Below are positions 34,886 through 49,232 of a stretch of 64,000 nt of DNA, one piece after another (within the stretch, counting starts at the first letter, position 1; each line of letters begins with the position of its first letter). The notes beneath the pieces were generated by a model. That model searched no databases. It saw nothing but the letters and a program-made list of their open reading frames with translations, and was not told the origin of the DNA. Origin of the DNA: Eledone cirrhosa. Lineage: Eukaryota. A program made the translations under genes and the position numbers. Location of the stretch: positions 332,506,001 through 332,570,000 of the forward strand of contig OZ024743.1 of NCBI GenBank assembly GCA_964016885.1, given 5' to 3'.

Positions 34886-37800
34886 TCTACTTATATATAT
34901 AACCAGCAATTTCTCTGTCTGTCTGTCCGACAGTGGAAACACGTGCGTAGAGAGAGAGTGAGAGTGAAAGAAAGAGACAGACAGACTACGAGAGGGGGAT
35001 AGCGGGAGAGAGAGAGTGAATAGACGCTAAAACACGTGCTACAGAAACATTACCTTCCCCTCTCCACTGACTTTGGTCACTGAGGCCGAGGGAATCGCGC
35101 TGAGCGCGTCATAATGACATAATGCAGACAGCCAGACATACAGACAGATATTATAAGGGCGCAACGTTATATCTATGTATCTATCTAAAAAGAAAGACTA
35201 AGAATTATATAGAGAGAACGCTAAATCGCCTAATGCGGTCCCTAGGGCATTGAAAATTTGAAATAATTTTTGCTCAAAACACTCACAGGACCATAAGTAT
35301 TACATGTCTAAAGTTTGAAAACAATCGGTTGGATGGTTCTCAAGTTTTAGTGAGCTGACAGACAGACAGACATTCTCTGTTTTAGATATATAGACTAGCA
35401 GAAAATCGCCCCGGGTGGTTTTCTGCTAGTCTATATATATAAAACAGAAGATGTCTGTCTGTTTGTGTAACCGCATGCATTTCTACATTTTATAACCGAT
35501 TTGCACCAAATTTCATACATAGGTTTCTGAAGTCCTATTACACGTCGTAGGCTATTTTATTTTGGCAGGTAGCCCCCTTAAGCCTCTCCCTTCGACTTAT
35601 CTATTGAAGTTCACATTAACACTGTATTAGTACCTGATAACTTTTGAAGTTTACGTTCGATCTTCGTTTTCACTTTCAAAACAACAATCATTGTCGGATG
35701 AAATTTCAGAAATGTAAACATCTGATTCATTTGAATCACTAATATTATCTTTTGTTTCTTGTTCATTTTGAATGTCGTCGTGTGTAAAAACTTGAAAGTC
35801 GGTATCGATACTTTCATAAGCCATGTTGATACAAACAAAAAATCTGTTCTACTTTCAACGTTAAAAAAACACGCGTTGCTTTAAGTTGTTTCACTATATT
35901 AAGTGTTAATTTTCGCGGTAAGGGCCTAATCTCGCAGTAATCTCGAATTGACGAGATTTTGATGACGGTATTGTTTATTTTTAGAATGATATTTAAGTGC
36001 GGGTGTTACGGCGGTTTTGGGCGGTTTGAACAAATGAAGTGGAAATAATTTCGGCCGGTTTGAACTCTAAAGGGTTAAAGGAGGTTTAGTTAATGTGTTT
36101 ATGGTCATAAGGTTCCAGTTTATCATGCTGTGATTTTTCGGCCATTTTTGCCTGTATCCTTTCAATGGTTAGTACTTACTTTGCGTTGCGCCTAACTTAA
36201 AACCTGAAATTTCACTGGTACACAAAATCTTGCAAAACATACCCACTTTCTCAGACCACATAGATTTATCACATTTTTTCACAATTTATATTCGTGTTTA
36301 GATTTGCTTACTTAAACGTTATTTGTCCACTATTTATCGTTCTCCCTGGTTAATTTTCTAAAAACAATGCCCCCAAGAAAAGAACTCTCATTGGTCGATT
36401 ATCTAATGATGCAAGTAGGTCTAAGCGAAGGCGTCTCACCGAAGATGTAAATGCAACTGCGATCAGGCTGTCACAGAATGCTGTGCAGACGGCAGCTGCA
36501 AGAGCGGAGGAGGATGACAGTCGGCTTGAACTTCGACGGAACAAAAATGCTGCCGCGACTGCTGCTGCTCGCGCACGAGAAGATCAAGGACGACGTGGCG
36601 TTCGACGAAGAAGGGACGCCACTGCCACTGCTGCTGCACGAAATACTGAAACCATAGAGCAACGACGTGGCCGACTTCTGCAAAGTGAACAGCGGCGATC
36701 ATCATTACATGGCATTTCTAGGACTTGCAATTCACGATGGTTGTTGAAGGCCTTTAACTACGACCCCTCCTCCGACTACGCCGTCCATGCAGATATTCAA
36801 ATTGGGGAAATGACCTCTACTTGCCAGTTTTGTCGTACGAAAAAGTGGCCAGGGGAGAGACATGGAATGTGCTGTTCAAACTGAAAAGTTAGACTACCTC
36901 CTATTCACGACCCTCCAGAGACATTGCAACTCCTTTTGACAGACACGACGGAGGAATCATCGAAGTTTCTGCGTAATATCCGCCGCTACAATTCCACGTT
37001 TCAGATGACATCCTTCGGAGCAAAGCTTGTCTCGGAACGTGGGTTCATGCCAATTTTCAATGTCCAGGGGCAGATCTACCACTTGATTGGTTCTATTCAG
37101 CCTCTGGCAGAAAAGGATCCTCAATTTCTTCAGTTATACTTCGTTGGAAACTATCAGGAGCAGGCAGAGATGCGAAACTCTATTTCGTCCGAAACTAACA
37201 TTGGAACTATAATAAAACTTCAAGAAAGCTTCACGACAAAAACAGTTATGTTCGCAGTTAACGTTTACATGCAATCCCAAGGGGGAGGAGATTACAAACG
37301 AACTGTTCCACGGTCAAGCGCCAAGACACAGGCACGATCTCATAGCAAGAGTGTTTCGCCTGAAATTATCCAAATTAATGGATTTATTAAAGAAAGGACA
37401 GGTTTTGGGGCCTGTCAGGTGCGACATGTACACGGTTGAATGGCAGAAACGAGGGCTGCCGCATGCCTATATCTTGATTTGTTTGGTTACAAAAATCAGT
37501 TCAAACTACATCGACAAATTCATTTCTGCCGAACTACTTGATCTATCGATTGACAAGGACCTCTTCTCTATAGTCACATCAAACATGGTCCTTGCGGACA
37601 TGGACTCAATATGAAGTCCCCGTGCATACACGACGGAAAGTGTACAAAACGATATCCCAGGCCGTTTTTACAGGAAACACAGACTGGCGGTGACGGATAT
37701 CCGTTGTATAGGCGCAGGAGACCTGAAGACGGTGGGTTCACAGCAAAAGTTGGTGAACGCGAAACGACAACAGCTGGATAGTGCCATATTGCCCCCTCCT

Positions 37801-40800
37801 CTTGAAAGCGTTCAACGCCCATATAAACGTCGAATTTTGCAACTCAGTAAAATCAATTAAATACGTTTGTAAGTACGTAGACAAGGGATCGGATGCTGCC
37901 GTCTTTGGTCTTCGTCATGAAAACAGTAGAGACGAAGTATCTGACTACAAGCAGGCCGATACATTAGCAGCAATGAAGCCTTTTGGCGCGTTTTTAGCTT
38001 CCCACTGCACCAACGACACCCCGTCATTAAACAACTTGCCGTTCACCTTGAAAAGGATCAACGGGTGTATCTCAATGATGCAACAGCTGCTCAGCTAGCG
38101 ATCTCACCAAAGGAAACTACACTCACCGCTTTTTCCAAACTTTGTCAACACGACGACTTCCCTCGAACTCTGCTGTATTCTGAAATACCGTCTTACTATA
38201 CATGGAACCGGACAAAATGGCTACGACGGAAGGTGGGGCAAGAAGTGGTTGGATATCCAGGCATCAAATTCGACAATTGCCTTGGGCGAGTTTATACTGT
38301 CCACCCTACCCAACAGGAATGCTTCTACCTGCGAATTCTGCTTCATGAGGTAAGAGGGCCGACCAGCTTCACTCATCTGAGAACCGTACAGGGAAGCCTG
38401 CTTGAGGCGTGGACTTTTAGAAGATAACGCACAATGGGATGCAACCTTGACGGAAGCTGCCATCTCACAATCATCCCGTAGTCTAAGGGCACTGTTTGTT
38501 ATCCTCTTGCACGTCTGTGAATTGAGCGATCCTTACTCTTTATGGCAAAAGTTTAAAGATGTGTTCGCAGACGACGATAGGCGTCTCGCTCAATTGCAAT
38601 CTCAAAACTTAGATGTCGGTTTTTCAGACGCTATATATAACAGAGCTCTGATCGATATTGAAGACAGAGTGGCTTCAATCGACGGAGATGTCTTGGATAA
38701 ATATGGGCTTCCGCAAACACTTCGAGATGCGCCATCTGACATTCCCAACGACATTATACGTGAAACGCCATATGATGTCGACGAACTCAAATGGTATGTT
38801 GAAGAGAATGAACCAAAACTTCTAATGGATCAAAAACAAACCTATAAGATTGTCGTTGATTCCATCCGTAATCGGGGAGGGGGTATATTCTTCCTGGACG
38901 CACCTGGAGACACGGGCAAAACATTTGTAATCAAACTTTTACTCGCTGCAGTGAGGCAACACGGAAACATCGCATTGGCCGTGGCTTCTTCCGGCATTGC
39001 AGCAACTTTGTTGCCTGGTGGCAGGACGGCCCATTCTGCCTTCAGTCTTCCTCTCAACGTGGCATCATCTGAGACACCCACGTGCAAAATCAGCAAGTCT
39101 TCCGGAAAAGCGCTGGTGTTAAAGCGCTGCCCACTAATTGTTTGGGACGAATGCACAATGGCCGACAGGGCGGCTTTCGAGGCATTAGACCGGTCACTCA
39201 GAGACATCAGGGACTGTCAAGAGGAGGTGTCACTTTCCTGTTATCTGGGGACTTCCGACAGACTCTGCCTGTAATCCCAAAAGGTACGCGGACTGATGAG
39301 GTTGGTGCATGCCTTAAGGCCTCCCCACTTTGGCGTGATGTAAGAAAGCTGACGCTTACAACAAACATGAGAGCACAACTGCAAGGTGATGAGACATCAG
39401 CGGGTTTTGCTGCTGCCATTTTGTTGTTGGGAGATGGCAAAGTCCCACTCGACGGAGATGGCATAGCGGACCTCACAGGGATTTGCAGATGCGTTAAGTC
39501 AGTTGCTGAGTTACGGACGTCTGTTTTTCCTAATCTTGAGGAGAACTACACAAATCAAGAGTGGTTGTGTGAACGCGCAATATTGGCTTCGAAAAACCAC
39601 ATAGTTGGAAACATCAATGAACAGCTCATGCTCTGCTTGCCTGGAAACCTGCATGTCTACAAGTCCCTTGACTCTATGGCTGATCCGGACGAAGTTGTTA
39701 ATTACCCCACAGAATGTCTTATCTCCCTAGACCCTCCCGGATTGCCACCACACTTACTGCGACTTAAGAAAGGTGCCCCTGTTATGCTCCTCAGAAATTT
39801 GGAACCCCGAAGGCTTTCCAACGGCACGCGTCTGGTCGTCCAAAAGGCGATGCCTCGTTATTGAGGCAACAATACTTACAGGTTGTGGTAAGGGGGATAC
39901 TGTCTTCATACCAAGGATACCTCTCATTCCATCCGGTAAAGACATTCCTTTCACATTCAGAAGGCTGCAATTCCCTCTCTGGCTCAGTTTCGCTATGTCG
40001 ATTAACAAATCACAGAGTCAGACGCTGACGGTCGTAGGGCTTAATTTAGAAGAACCGTGCTTCTCCCATGGTCAACTATATGTTGGCTGCTCTCGAGTGG
40101 GGAGCCGACATAACCTATTTGCTTTTGCAGCTCGCGAGAAAACCCAAAATATAGTCTATAAGGAAGTTTTGTAGGCACCCCATCCGCCAACAGGTAATCG
40201 CTTTTTTTTTTTTGTATACGTGCTTACATTTGCTGTATCCGTGTGCTATTTTTGTCCTTTTGAAAATACCACATACTCCTCTGAGATTGCTTTTGCTATA
40301 CGTTATAAATGTTCAATGTCTCCGTTTTCCGCATTTATATGTTGCTATTACGCTTTGCTATCGATGTTCAGTAGTTTTAACCTAATTAATCTACTTTTCC
40401 CTACATCTTATTTACACATTTTTTTGACATTCCAGCGTGGCCACCGACTGTTACATGCTTTTCTAGGTTACAATCTCAAATAACAAGCAAAGCAAATTCG
40501 ACACACCAAAGTGGCGTGAAGGACTTCTTAAGGGCCACCACCTCTAATCGGAGTCGTCTTTGCTGATAGCTCTGCCGCTGAGACTTTTAAGAGTGAACGA
40601 TCCAAGGCCCTCTTCAGGGCCACCAAGTTTAAATTGTTACCATCGGATTCATCTTTGCTGGCAGCACCGCCGCTGAGATATTTCAAAGTGAACGTTCAAA
40701 GGCCATCTTTTGGGCCAACCCCTATAAATTGTTACTTCTATAGTCGTGTTTAACGGAAGTTTTTCGGTTCATTTGAACGACTACTCCATTGAGAATTATA

Positions 40801-40827
40801 CCGGGCAACGCCAGGTGCCTCTGCTAG
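34886..40827 (+). mobile_element. Helitron (decayed autonomous), exact ends
   Basis: 5' TCTACTTATATATATAA; 3' hairpin CCGGGCAACGCCAGG then CTAG; inserted between A34885 and T40828 with no TSD. Confidence 0.92.
36367..40174 (+). pseudogene. Helitron RepHel (HUH Rep + PIF1-type helicase), frameshifted
   Basis: Zn motif CQFC..CC, TFTCNP, VEWQKRGLPHAYIL, KYVCKYVDKG; helicase FFLDAPGDTGKT, IVWDECTM, GDFRQTLPV, NGTRL, FAMSINKSQSQT, SHGQLYVGCSRV. Confidence 0.95.
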
Positions 40828-41180
<353 letters not shown>

Positions 41181-41267
41181 GGTCATTTTATTGTGTATTA
41201 TCAAGAGAGACAGATGGCTCTCAAATAGTTTCTCAGAAGATAATAATATATCATTATCAACACCTTG

Positions 41268-41523
41268 TCATCATCATCATCGTCATCATCACCCTCACTA
41301 CCATCATCATCATCATCAGCAGCAGCAGCAGGAGCATCAACATCACCACCACCATCACCACCAGCATCACCGCGAACACCATCATCATCAACACCATCAC
41401 CATCACCATGATCATTATCACCATCATCATAATCATCATCAACACCACCACCCTCACCCCCACTATCATCATCATCATCACCACCACCACCGTCACCACC
41501 ATCACCATTATCCTCATCATCAA
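41268..41523. repeat. (CAT/CAC)n trinucleotide tract
   Basis: Direct reading. Confidence 0.92.
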
Positions 41524-41702
41524 CATTGGACACTTAACAGATCTATTTACTACCTTCACAACTGATCCATATCAACTGCCCCACATCCTTTCAGTGTTGT
41601 CCATTTTCTCCTCACTTGTCTCTTAACTAATATCTTCTGCCAACAAAACAATCAAAAAGGAGAGGCAAAAACAATAACAAAACAAAATATATTATCATTA
41701 TT

Positions 41703-42794
41703 ATCGCCCAAAGTCTCCCCAAGGACGTCGTCGCTCTTTCCCTCCACTAACCCTCTATAGAACGCCAAGGTGGAGTTTCCATCGATCGCATCGCCCGACT
41801 GGTCGAGGGCTGTGAGCACCTGAAGACATTCCAACGTTTGGAGACTGGAATGTCTTCAGGCGCTCACAGCCCTCGACCAGTTGGGTGCTGCGATCGGTGG
41901 AAACTTCACTTTGGCGTTCTATAAAGGGTCAGTGGAGGGAAAGAGCGACGACGTCCTTGGGTAAACTTTGGGCGTCGATGAAAATCAACTAGCCAATTTC
42001 TTCGGGAGAACTTTCGGGCCAGGGCACATGGACAACTTCAGAAATCCCTGGCCTGGCAGTGCTACCGAGGAGCTTTTCCAGTTCGGGATAAACTCTACAG
42101 GCATGGAGGTGATGTTAATCGAGCCTGTCCGAGATGCGTGCAGGGCGATGAAACCGTTCTACATCCACTCGTCGAGTGTCCAAATATTTCTGACCTATGG
42201 GTTTATGTTGAGCACCTGCTGTCACATGTAGGACGGATCCGACTATCAAATAAGTCTATTGTGAAGATCGCCCCACCGACCTCCTTTAGAGGAGAAGGAC
42301 GGGCAGTTTTTATCTGCCTAGTGGCCATGGCGAAAGAGGTCGTGTGGTGGACGCGTTTGAAAGGCTTGAAGACAGCCATCTTCTTCTTTGGCGAATCTCT
42401 GATTAACTTTTTCAGATTTCACTTGAAGAGGAAAATCAGGGTGGAGAGGGAAGTGTTGCCTTCCAACTAGTTTGTTGAAATGTGGGTGAGAGTGGCGAAC
42501 ATGGTCCGTGTGAATGGGCCTGCCTTGAGCATACGCCTGTAGATTGGAGTAGAAAGACTGGGAGAGGGCACTTTGCCCTAGTGGACAGGGTTACCGTGGT
42601 TTTTGTGGTATTTCTACACGAGTGACCCTTAGAGTCTCCTTTACTTTGTGGAAGTTGTTATGTTTGTTTTAAATGCTTATTTTCTTAATCTCTTTTATAA
42701 ATTTCATTTTACTCAACGAAAACCCACACTGTATCATCCTGTATCGTCTTTAATGTTTCCTTAATGTGAGCCCTGTGTAGCTAATAAAGAAATC
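41703..42794 (+). mobile_element. Tx1/L1-type 3' fragment with 5' fold-back duplication
   Basis: Homologous to 14265-15326; 41703-41832 is the reverse complement of 41845-41975. Confidence 0.88.
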
Positions 42795-42800
42795 ATTATT

Positions 42801-43892
42801 AGGCAGTGATAGGAGCAATGATCAACCAGGAAAAGTCAGTGGGCCTGAGGTTCGGCACTTGGGGAGGCTGGTCCTTGACGTCCAACAGCGTCATCGGGTG
42901 CTGGACGGACTAACCATCCGAGAGGAAGCGCTTGGAGACTGGAATGTCTTCAGGCGCTCATAGCTCTTGACCTGTTGAGCGATGAGATCGGTGGAAACTC
43001 CACCTTGGCGTTCTATAGAGTGTTAGTGAAGACGAAGAGTGACGACGTCCTTGGGAAAATTCTGGGTGTCAACGAAATCCAACTAGCTATTCTCTTCAGG
43101 AGGACTTTGAGTCTGGGGCCAATGGATAACTTTCAGAAATCCCTGACCTGGCGTGTTACCGGGGAATGTTGCCAGTTCAAGGTAAACTTGACAGGCATGG
43201 AAGTGCCATCGGTCTGTCCTTGATGCGCGTCGGGCGACGAGACCATCCTGCACGCACTCAGCCAGTGTCCAAGCATTGCTGACTTGTGGATTTATGTCGA
43301 ACATCTGCTGTAAGTCGAACATAGCATGTATGACAGATCCAGCTATATGCTGAGTCCATCGTTAAGATTGCCCTGCTGCCCTCCTTTAACCAGGAGGGGC
43401 AAGCAGTTTTTATCTGCCTGGTGGCCATGGTAAAAGAGGTCATATGGCGCGCTCATTAACGTTTTCAGGTTTGACCTGAAAAGGAAAATTAGGGTGGAGA
43501 GGGAAGTGCTGCCTTTGAGCCAGTTTGTCGAAAGATGGGCGGGAGAGGCAAAAATGGCCTGTGTGAATGGGCCTGCTCTGATCGTGTGCTTGTAGTATTG
43601 TGGGAGGGAAACTGGAAGAGGGCACTTGCCCTAGCGGTCAGGGTGACCGTGGCTTTTTGTGGACTTTCTCCACGAGTGACACTCGGAAGTCTCCCCCCTT
43701 TTGGGGAATATTCCTTTGTTTTCTTTTTTTATTTAGATTTTTTGTTTTTGTTTTTTATATATATAATTTTGTTTTTTACATGCAGAAATGCCCATTTGTA
43801 CTGTCCTGTACCATCCTGTGCTGTCCTGTACCATCCTATGCTGTCCTTAATGTTATACTTTATGTCAACCCTTGTGGTTAATAAAGAAAGCA
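42801..43892 (+). mobile_element. Tx1/L1-type 3' fragment, decayed
   Basis: Homologous to 41845-42794; ends AATAAAGAAAGC then (TTC)n. Confidence 0.85.
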
Positions 43893-44330
43893 TTCTTCTT
43901 CTTCTTCTTCTTCTTCTTCTTCTTCTTCTTCTTCTTCTTCTTCTTCTTCTTCTTCTTCTTCTTCTTCTTCTTCTTCTTCTTCTTCTTCTTCTTCTTCCTG
44001 AGAGGGTTGTGGGGTGAAGAGTCCTCAAACACTCCTTCTAGTAGGTCCTGTCAGTAGCAAACATCTCCAACTGATCCGGCTAGATCCCCAAGCGAGACCA
44101 GCCGAGCTCATGGATGTTATCCAACCATCTTACTCGGAGTGTAACCCTGGATCTCCTGCTAGTTGGTTTTGCCCGCACGATCTGTCCAGCGATTCTTCCC
44201 TGAGACATTCTAACCACATTCCCATAATATCAGAGCTGTGATCTCTCAATTCAGAGAAGTAGTGGCTCTATCTGGAGTGACTTTCTGATCTCTGAGATAC
44301 ACACTCAATCGAGTAACGTTACTCCCGGAG
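43893..44330 (-). mobile_element. Rex3/Expander-like RTE 3' fragment with long (GAA)n tail
   Basis: Homologous to 50954-51557. Confidence 0.82.
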
Positions 44331-44429
44331 TCAATAAAATACCAGTCATGGGACGGAAAAAACAAAACTTCCCTCTAACTAGGCAGGCAATACTAGAATA
44401 CGAGAATAGAAACCAGAATTTTCTGTCCA

Positions 44430-44726
44430 GTAGATGTGACAGAAACCATAAGCTGCCCTAAAGTAGATGTGACAGAAACCATAAGCTGCCCTCAAGTAGG
44501 TGTGACAGAAACTATAAGCTTCCCTCAAGTGGTGTGACAGAAACTATAAGCTTCCCTCAAGTAGGTGTGACAGAAACTATAAGCTTCCCTCAAGTAGGTG
44601 TGACAGAAACTATAAGCTTCCCTCAAGTAGGTGTGACAAACTATAAGCTGCCCTCAAGTAGGTGTATGACAGAAACCATAAGCTTCCCTCAAGTAGGTGT
44701 GACAGAAAACAGAAGCTTCCCTCAAG
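44430..44726. repeat. 33-bp minisatellite (~9 copies)
   Basis: GTGACAGAAACTATAAGCTTCCCTCAAGTAGGT. Confidence 0.92.
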
Positions 44727-45132
44727 CAAGAGAGACAACTCAAGGTGAGAGAGAAAATAGAAACTTTTTCCCCCTTGGCAGGCAAGGGAGAGAACTCAAG
44801 GTAAGACAAAAAACAAACTTTCCTCAAGTATATAAAACAATTCAAAACATCATCTGAAATAAGAAACTAACTCCCCCACTACCACTACCACCATCACTAC
44901 CACCACCACTACCCCAGGGAGAGGGACAGTGAATAGTATAAGCATTGATGATAAGTAATTTGTGATAACTTACTAAGTCTTCTCCCACTCCCTGATTATG
45001 ATTATAACATTGTATATAGGTGGGGAGGGAAATGACAGGAGAAAAAATATGTTCACCAACATACTGAAGAGCATAGGAATAGAGATGGAAATGTTTGCCA
45101 ATTATAAACTGTGTTGGCACGACATTTCATGT

Positions 45133-45360
45133 AAGTCCCATATATATATATAAGTCCTATATATATATATAAGTCCCATATATATATATATATATATATA
45201 AGTCCTATATATATATATATAAGTCCCATATATATATATATATAAGTCCTATATATATGTATATATAAGACCTATATATATATATATATATATAAATCCC
45301 ATATATATATATATATATATAAGTCCCATATATATATATATATATAAAAATCCCATATAT
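45133..45360. repeat. AAGTCC(C/T)-(TA)n compound repeat
   Basis: Direct reading. Confidence 0.9.
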
Positions 45361-45669
45361 ATATTTTTATAATATATATGTGTGTGTGTGCTTGCGTGCG
45401 TGTATGTGTGTGTGTGTGTGTGCATGATGCATGTTTATGTGATGTGTGACTGCAGTGAAATAGAGAACTACACATGAGTTTGTGTAACTAACGATTCATT
45501 AATCACAGGGCCAATTAGTGAGTAGAAAAAAATGTATGATTTATCAACTGATCAAAGTTGATTAAAGATGAACTAGGTAAAGATGAAACAGCCGACATAG
45601 GTATGGCTTAAAAAACAACATACCTTAGCCAGGCTTTTTTGTACTGTTTACCTTTTAAATATCTGTCTT

Positions 45670-46041
45670 TGTGTGTGTGTGTGTGTGTGTGCGTGTGTGT
45701 GTGTGTGTGGCTGTCTGTCTGGGTGTGTCCATGTGTGTGTGTGTGTGCGTAATGTTTGTATGTGTATGTATGTGTGTGTGTGTGTGTAATGTTGTGAAAT
45801 GTTTGTATATATGTGTAATATTTGTGTTTGTGTGTACGTGTGTGTAATGTTTGTATGTGTGTGTGTATATGTGTGTGTAATGTCTGTGTATGTGTAATGC
45901 CTGTGTAATGTTTGTATGTGTGTGTAATGTGTGTAATGTTGTGTAATGTTTGTATATATGTGTAATATTTGTGCGTGTGTGAGTGTAATATTTGTGTTTG
46001 TGTGTACGTGTGTGTAATGTTTGTATGTATGTGTGTTTGAT

Positions 46042-46088
<47 letters not shown>

Positions 46089-46165
46089 TATATGTGTGTG
46101 TAATGTTTGTGTTTGTGTGTATGTGTATGAGTCTCTCTGCTGCTGTTTGTGTGTGTGTATGTGTG
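45670..46165. repeat. (GT)n-derived low-complexity repeat
   Basis: Direct reading. Confidence 0.9.
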
Positions 46166-46344
46166 ATTTAGAAAGGTACAAAACAGCACTGATACAGCAT
46201 CACAGTAAATATTAGTCTTTACACTAAACCTACAAATTTTCACAACAATCTGTCCACCAGTAAAGATATTATAAACATTTGAATTAACAAACTTGATATT
46301 AGATATTTTTTGTTAAACCATTACTGGATTTTAAGAGTCAACTT

Positions 46345-46960
46345 TAATGCTCAGAGTCGCTCCAGGTAGAGCTGCTACTTCTCTGAGAGACCACAGCTCC
46401 AATATAATGGATATAAGGTTAGAATGTCACAGGACAAAATTGCTGGACAGATTTTACGAGCAACTCTAACCAGTAGGAAACCCAGGTGTAGAGCTCAAGA
46501 AAGATAGTTGGATAACATCTATGACCTCAGTTGATCTCTCTTGGGGGTCCAGCCTGATCAGTTGGAGACAGATGCTTCTGACAGGACCTGTTGGAAGGAG
46601 TGTGTGAGGACTCTATCCCCACGACCATCCCAGGAATAAGTGGGTGAAGAAGAAGAAAGAAAGTTGATTAAATTGACTCCAGTACTAAACTGGTATTTTA
46701 TCTTATCGACCCTGGCAGGTTAAAAATCAAAGTTGACTTTCATGTTATATGAACTCAGACCATTTAGAGCCATAACTATAATTCTGAGAGCAAGATGGTT
46801 GGATAACATCCATGAGCTTGGCTGGACTTGCTTGGATATGGTTGCTTCTGACAGGACCCGCTGGAAGGAGTGTTTGAGGGCTCTTCACCCCAACGATTCT
46901 CTTAGGAATACGTGGGTGAAGAAGAAGAAGAAGAAGAAGAAGAAGAAGAAGAAGAAGAAG

Positions 46961-46990
<30 letters not shown>
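46345..46990 (+). mobile_element. Two Rex3/Expander-like RTE 3' fragments with (GAA)n tails and an intervening SINE remnant
   Basis: RARWLDNIHELGW..ASDRTRWKECLRAL; tails at ~46645 and 46918-46990. Confidence 0.8.
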
Positions 46991-46991
<1 letters not shown>

Positions 46992-47529
46992 TTAATACTC
47001 TACAGATGGAAGCTGAGAGAATGTACAAGACATTTGAGAAATTCAACTAATACATCATCATCATCATCATCATCGTTTAACGTCCATGTATATACAATAG
47101 ACAAAAATTAGTGTCAACAAACACAAAAATCTTAGAATTCCATCAATCACCAAATAAAATGTCTTTGAAATAGGTTATTTCAGTTGTACAACAAACAAGT
47201 TTACAAAGCAACAAAAGACCCGTACCAAAAAAATAAAACCTTCACAAAACGAATCCATTGAAACTAGAATCGATTATGAAGAGATGGAGATGTGCAGGGT
47301 TAGGTTGAGCTAAATACAACCAGCCAATTCAGAAGCGGGCTTAGTGAATATTAGAAGAATATTAAATGCAAAAGCCATTTCTTATATGTTGAAAAAAGCT
47401 CATTATCAACAAGTCAGCATTTACAGCCATGAAAATAAAAAACCTTGTAAAGTATTAAGGATTTTTATCTGTGTATTTCGGTTGAAAGCAAATTTATTTG
47501 TATAGTTTACAATTGTCATCTATAACAAT

Positions 47530-47881
47530 ATATGTATAGATTTGTGTCTGTGTGTGTGTATATATACACACACAGACACATATGTGTGTGCATGTGTATG
47601 TATACATATGTATATGTGTGTGAGTATACATATATGTATATATATTTATATATATGTGTGTGTGTGTGTGTATGCACACACACATACATATATGTGTGTG
47701 CATGTGTGTGTATATACATATGTGTGTGTGTGTGTGTCTATACATATATGTATGTATGTATATATATATATGTGTGTGTGTGTATGACCTGTTCTACTGC
47801 AGCTACAACCTCGATTTATACCTACCATTATACACACACACACACACACACATACACACTCTCGCACACACACTCATACAC

Positions 47882-47934
<53 letters not shown>

Positions 47935-48002
47935 CACATATATATATCTACTATATATATATATATATATATATATTTACACACACACACATATATATCT
48001 AC

Positions 48003-48075
<73 letters not shown>

Positions 48076-48170
48076 ACTTCTGCGTTTACAGATTGACTTT
48101 GTTAGTTTCAGAAGATCCTGTTAAGGGTGAAAACAGCGATTCTTTGCTTAAACTTTAATCTGTTATTTTA

Positions 48171-48231
<61 letters not shown>
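47530..48231. repeat. Compound (TA)/(CA)/(GT) microsatellites
   Basis: Direct reading. Confidence 0.9.
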
Positions 48232-48234
<3 letters not shown>

Positions 48235-48458
48235 TCATCATCATCATCATCATCGTTTAACGTCCATCTTCCACGCTTGCATGGGTTTGGACGGGAGGTT
48301 TCCCACTTGAGGCAAGATTTGTTGTCCTGCTCGTATAGGACTGTCTGGCGGGTTTTCTACAGCTGGATGCCCTTCCTAACACCAACCACGTTTACAGTGT
48401 GGACTGGGAGGTTTTTACCGTGTTACTTACATGGCCACATTACAGCGTGGACTGAGTG
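48232..48458 (-). mobile_element. RTE-clade LINE 3' UTR fragment
   Basis: (CAT)n plus reverse complement of ~8780-9003. Confidence 0.88.
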
Positions 48459-48459
48459 A

Positions 48460-48674
48460 TGGAGGCACATGTCTTAGTGGTTAGAGCATTGGCCTTGCAA
48501 TCGAAAGGTTGTGAGTTCAATTCTCAGACTGGGTGATGTGTTGTTTCCTTGAGCAAGACACTTTATTTCACATTGCTCCAGTTTACTCAGCTGTAGAAAT
48601 CAAGCCAGAATCAGTTCCCGTCTCACCCTTGGGAAAAAAGCAGACGTAAAATGAAATGATGATGATGATGATGA
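48460..48674 (+). mobile_element. tRNA-derived SINE with internal deletion
   Basis: Like 579-935 but lacking the segment between two CAGCTGTAGAAAT repeats. Confidence 0.88.
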
Positions 48675-48701
48675 TACACACACACACATATATATATATC
48701 T

Positions 48702-48741
<40 letters not shown>

Positions 48742-48918
48742 TATATATATCTACTATATATATATATACACACACACACATATATATATCTACTATATAT
48801 ATATATATATACACACACACACATATATATATCTACTATATATATATATATATATACACACATATATATCTACTATATATATATATATATACACATACTC
48901 ACACATATATATATCTAG

Positions 48919-48952
<34 letters not shown>

Positions 48953-49039
48953 TATATATATATCTACTATATATACATATATATACACACACACACATAT
49001 ATATATCTACTATATATATATATATATACACACACACAA

Positions 49040-49082
<43 letters not shown>

Positions 49083-49232
49083 TATATATATCTACTATAT
49101 ATACATATATATACACACACACACATATATATATCTACTATATATATATATATAGAGACACACAAACACACACACATATATATATATATATATACACACA
49201 CATATATATATCTACTATATATATATATATAT
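48675..49232. repeat. (TA)n(CA)n-CTAC compound minisatellite
   Basis: Direct reading. Confidence 0.9.

Noticed and set aside
48100-48150. CAGAAGATCCTGTTAAGGGTGAAA hammerhead remnant
   Set aside because: Core mutated and stems I/III not supportable
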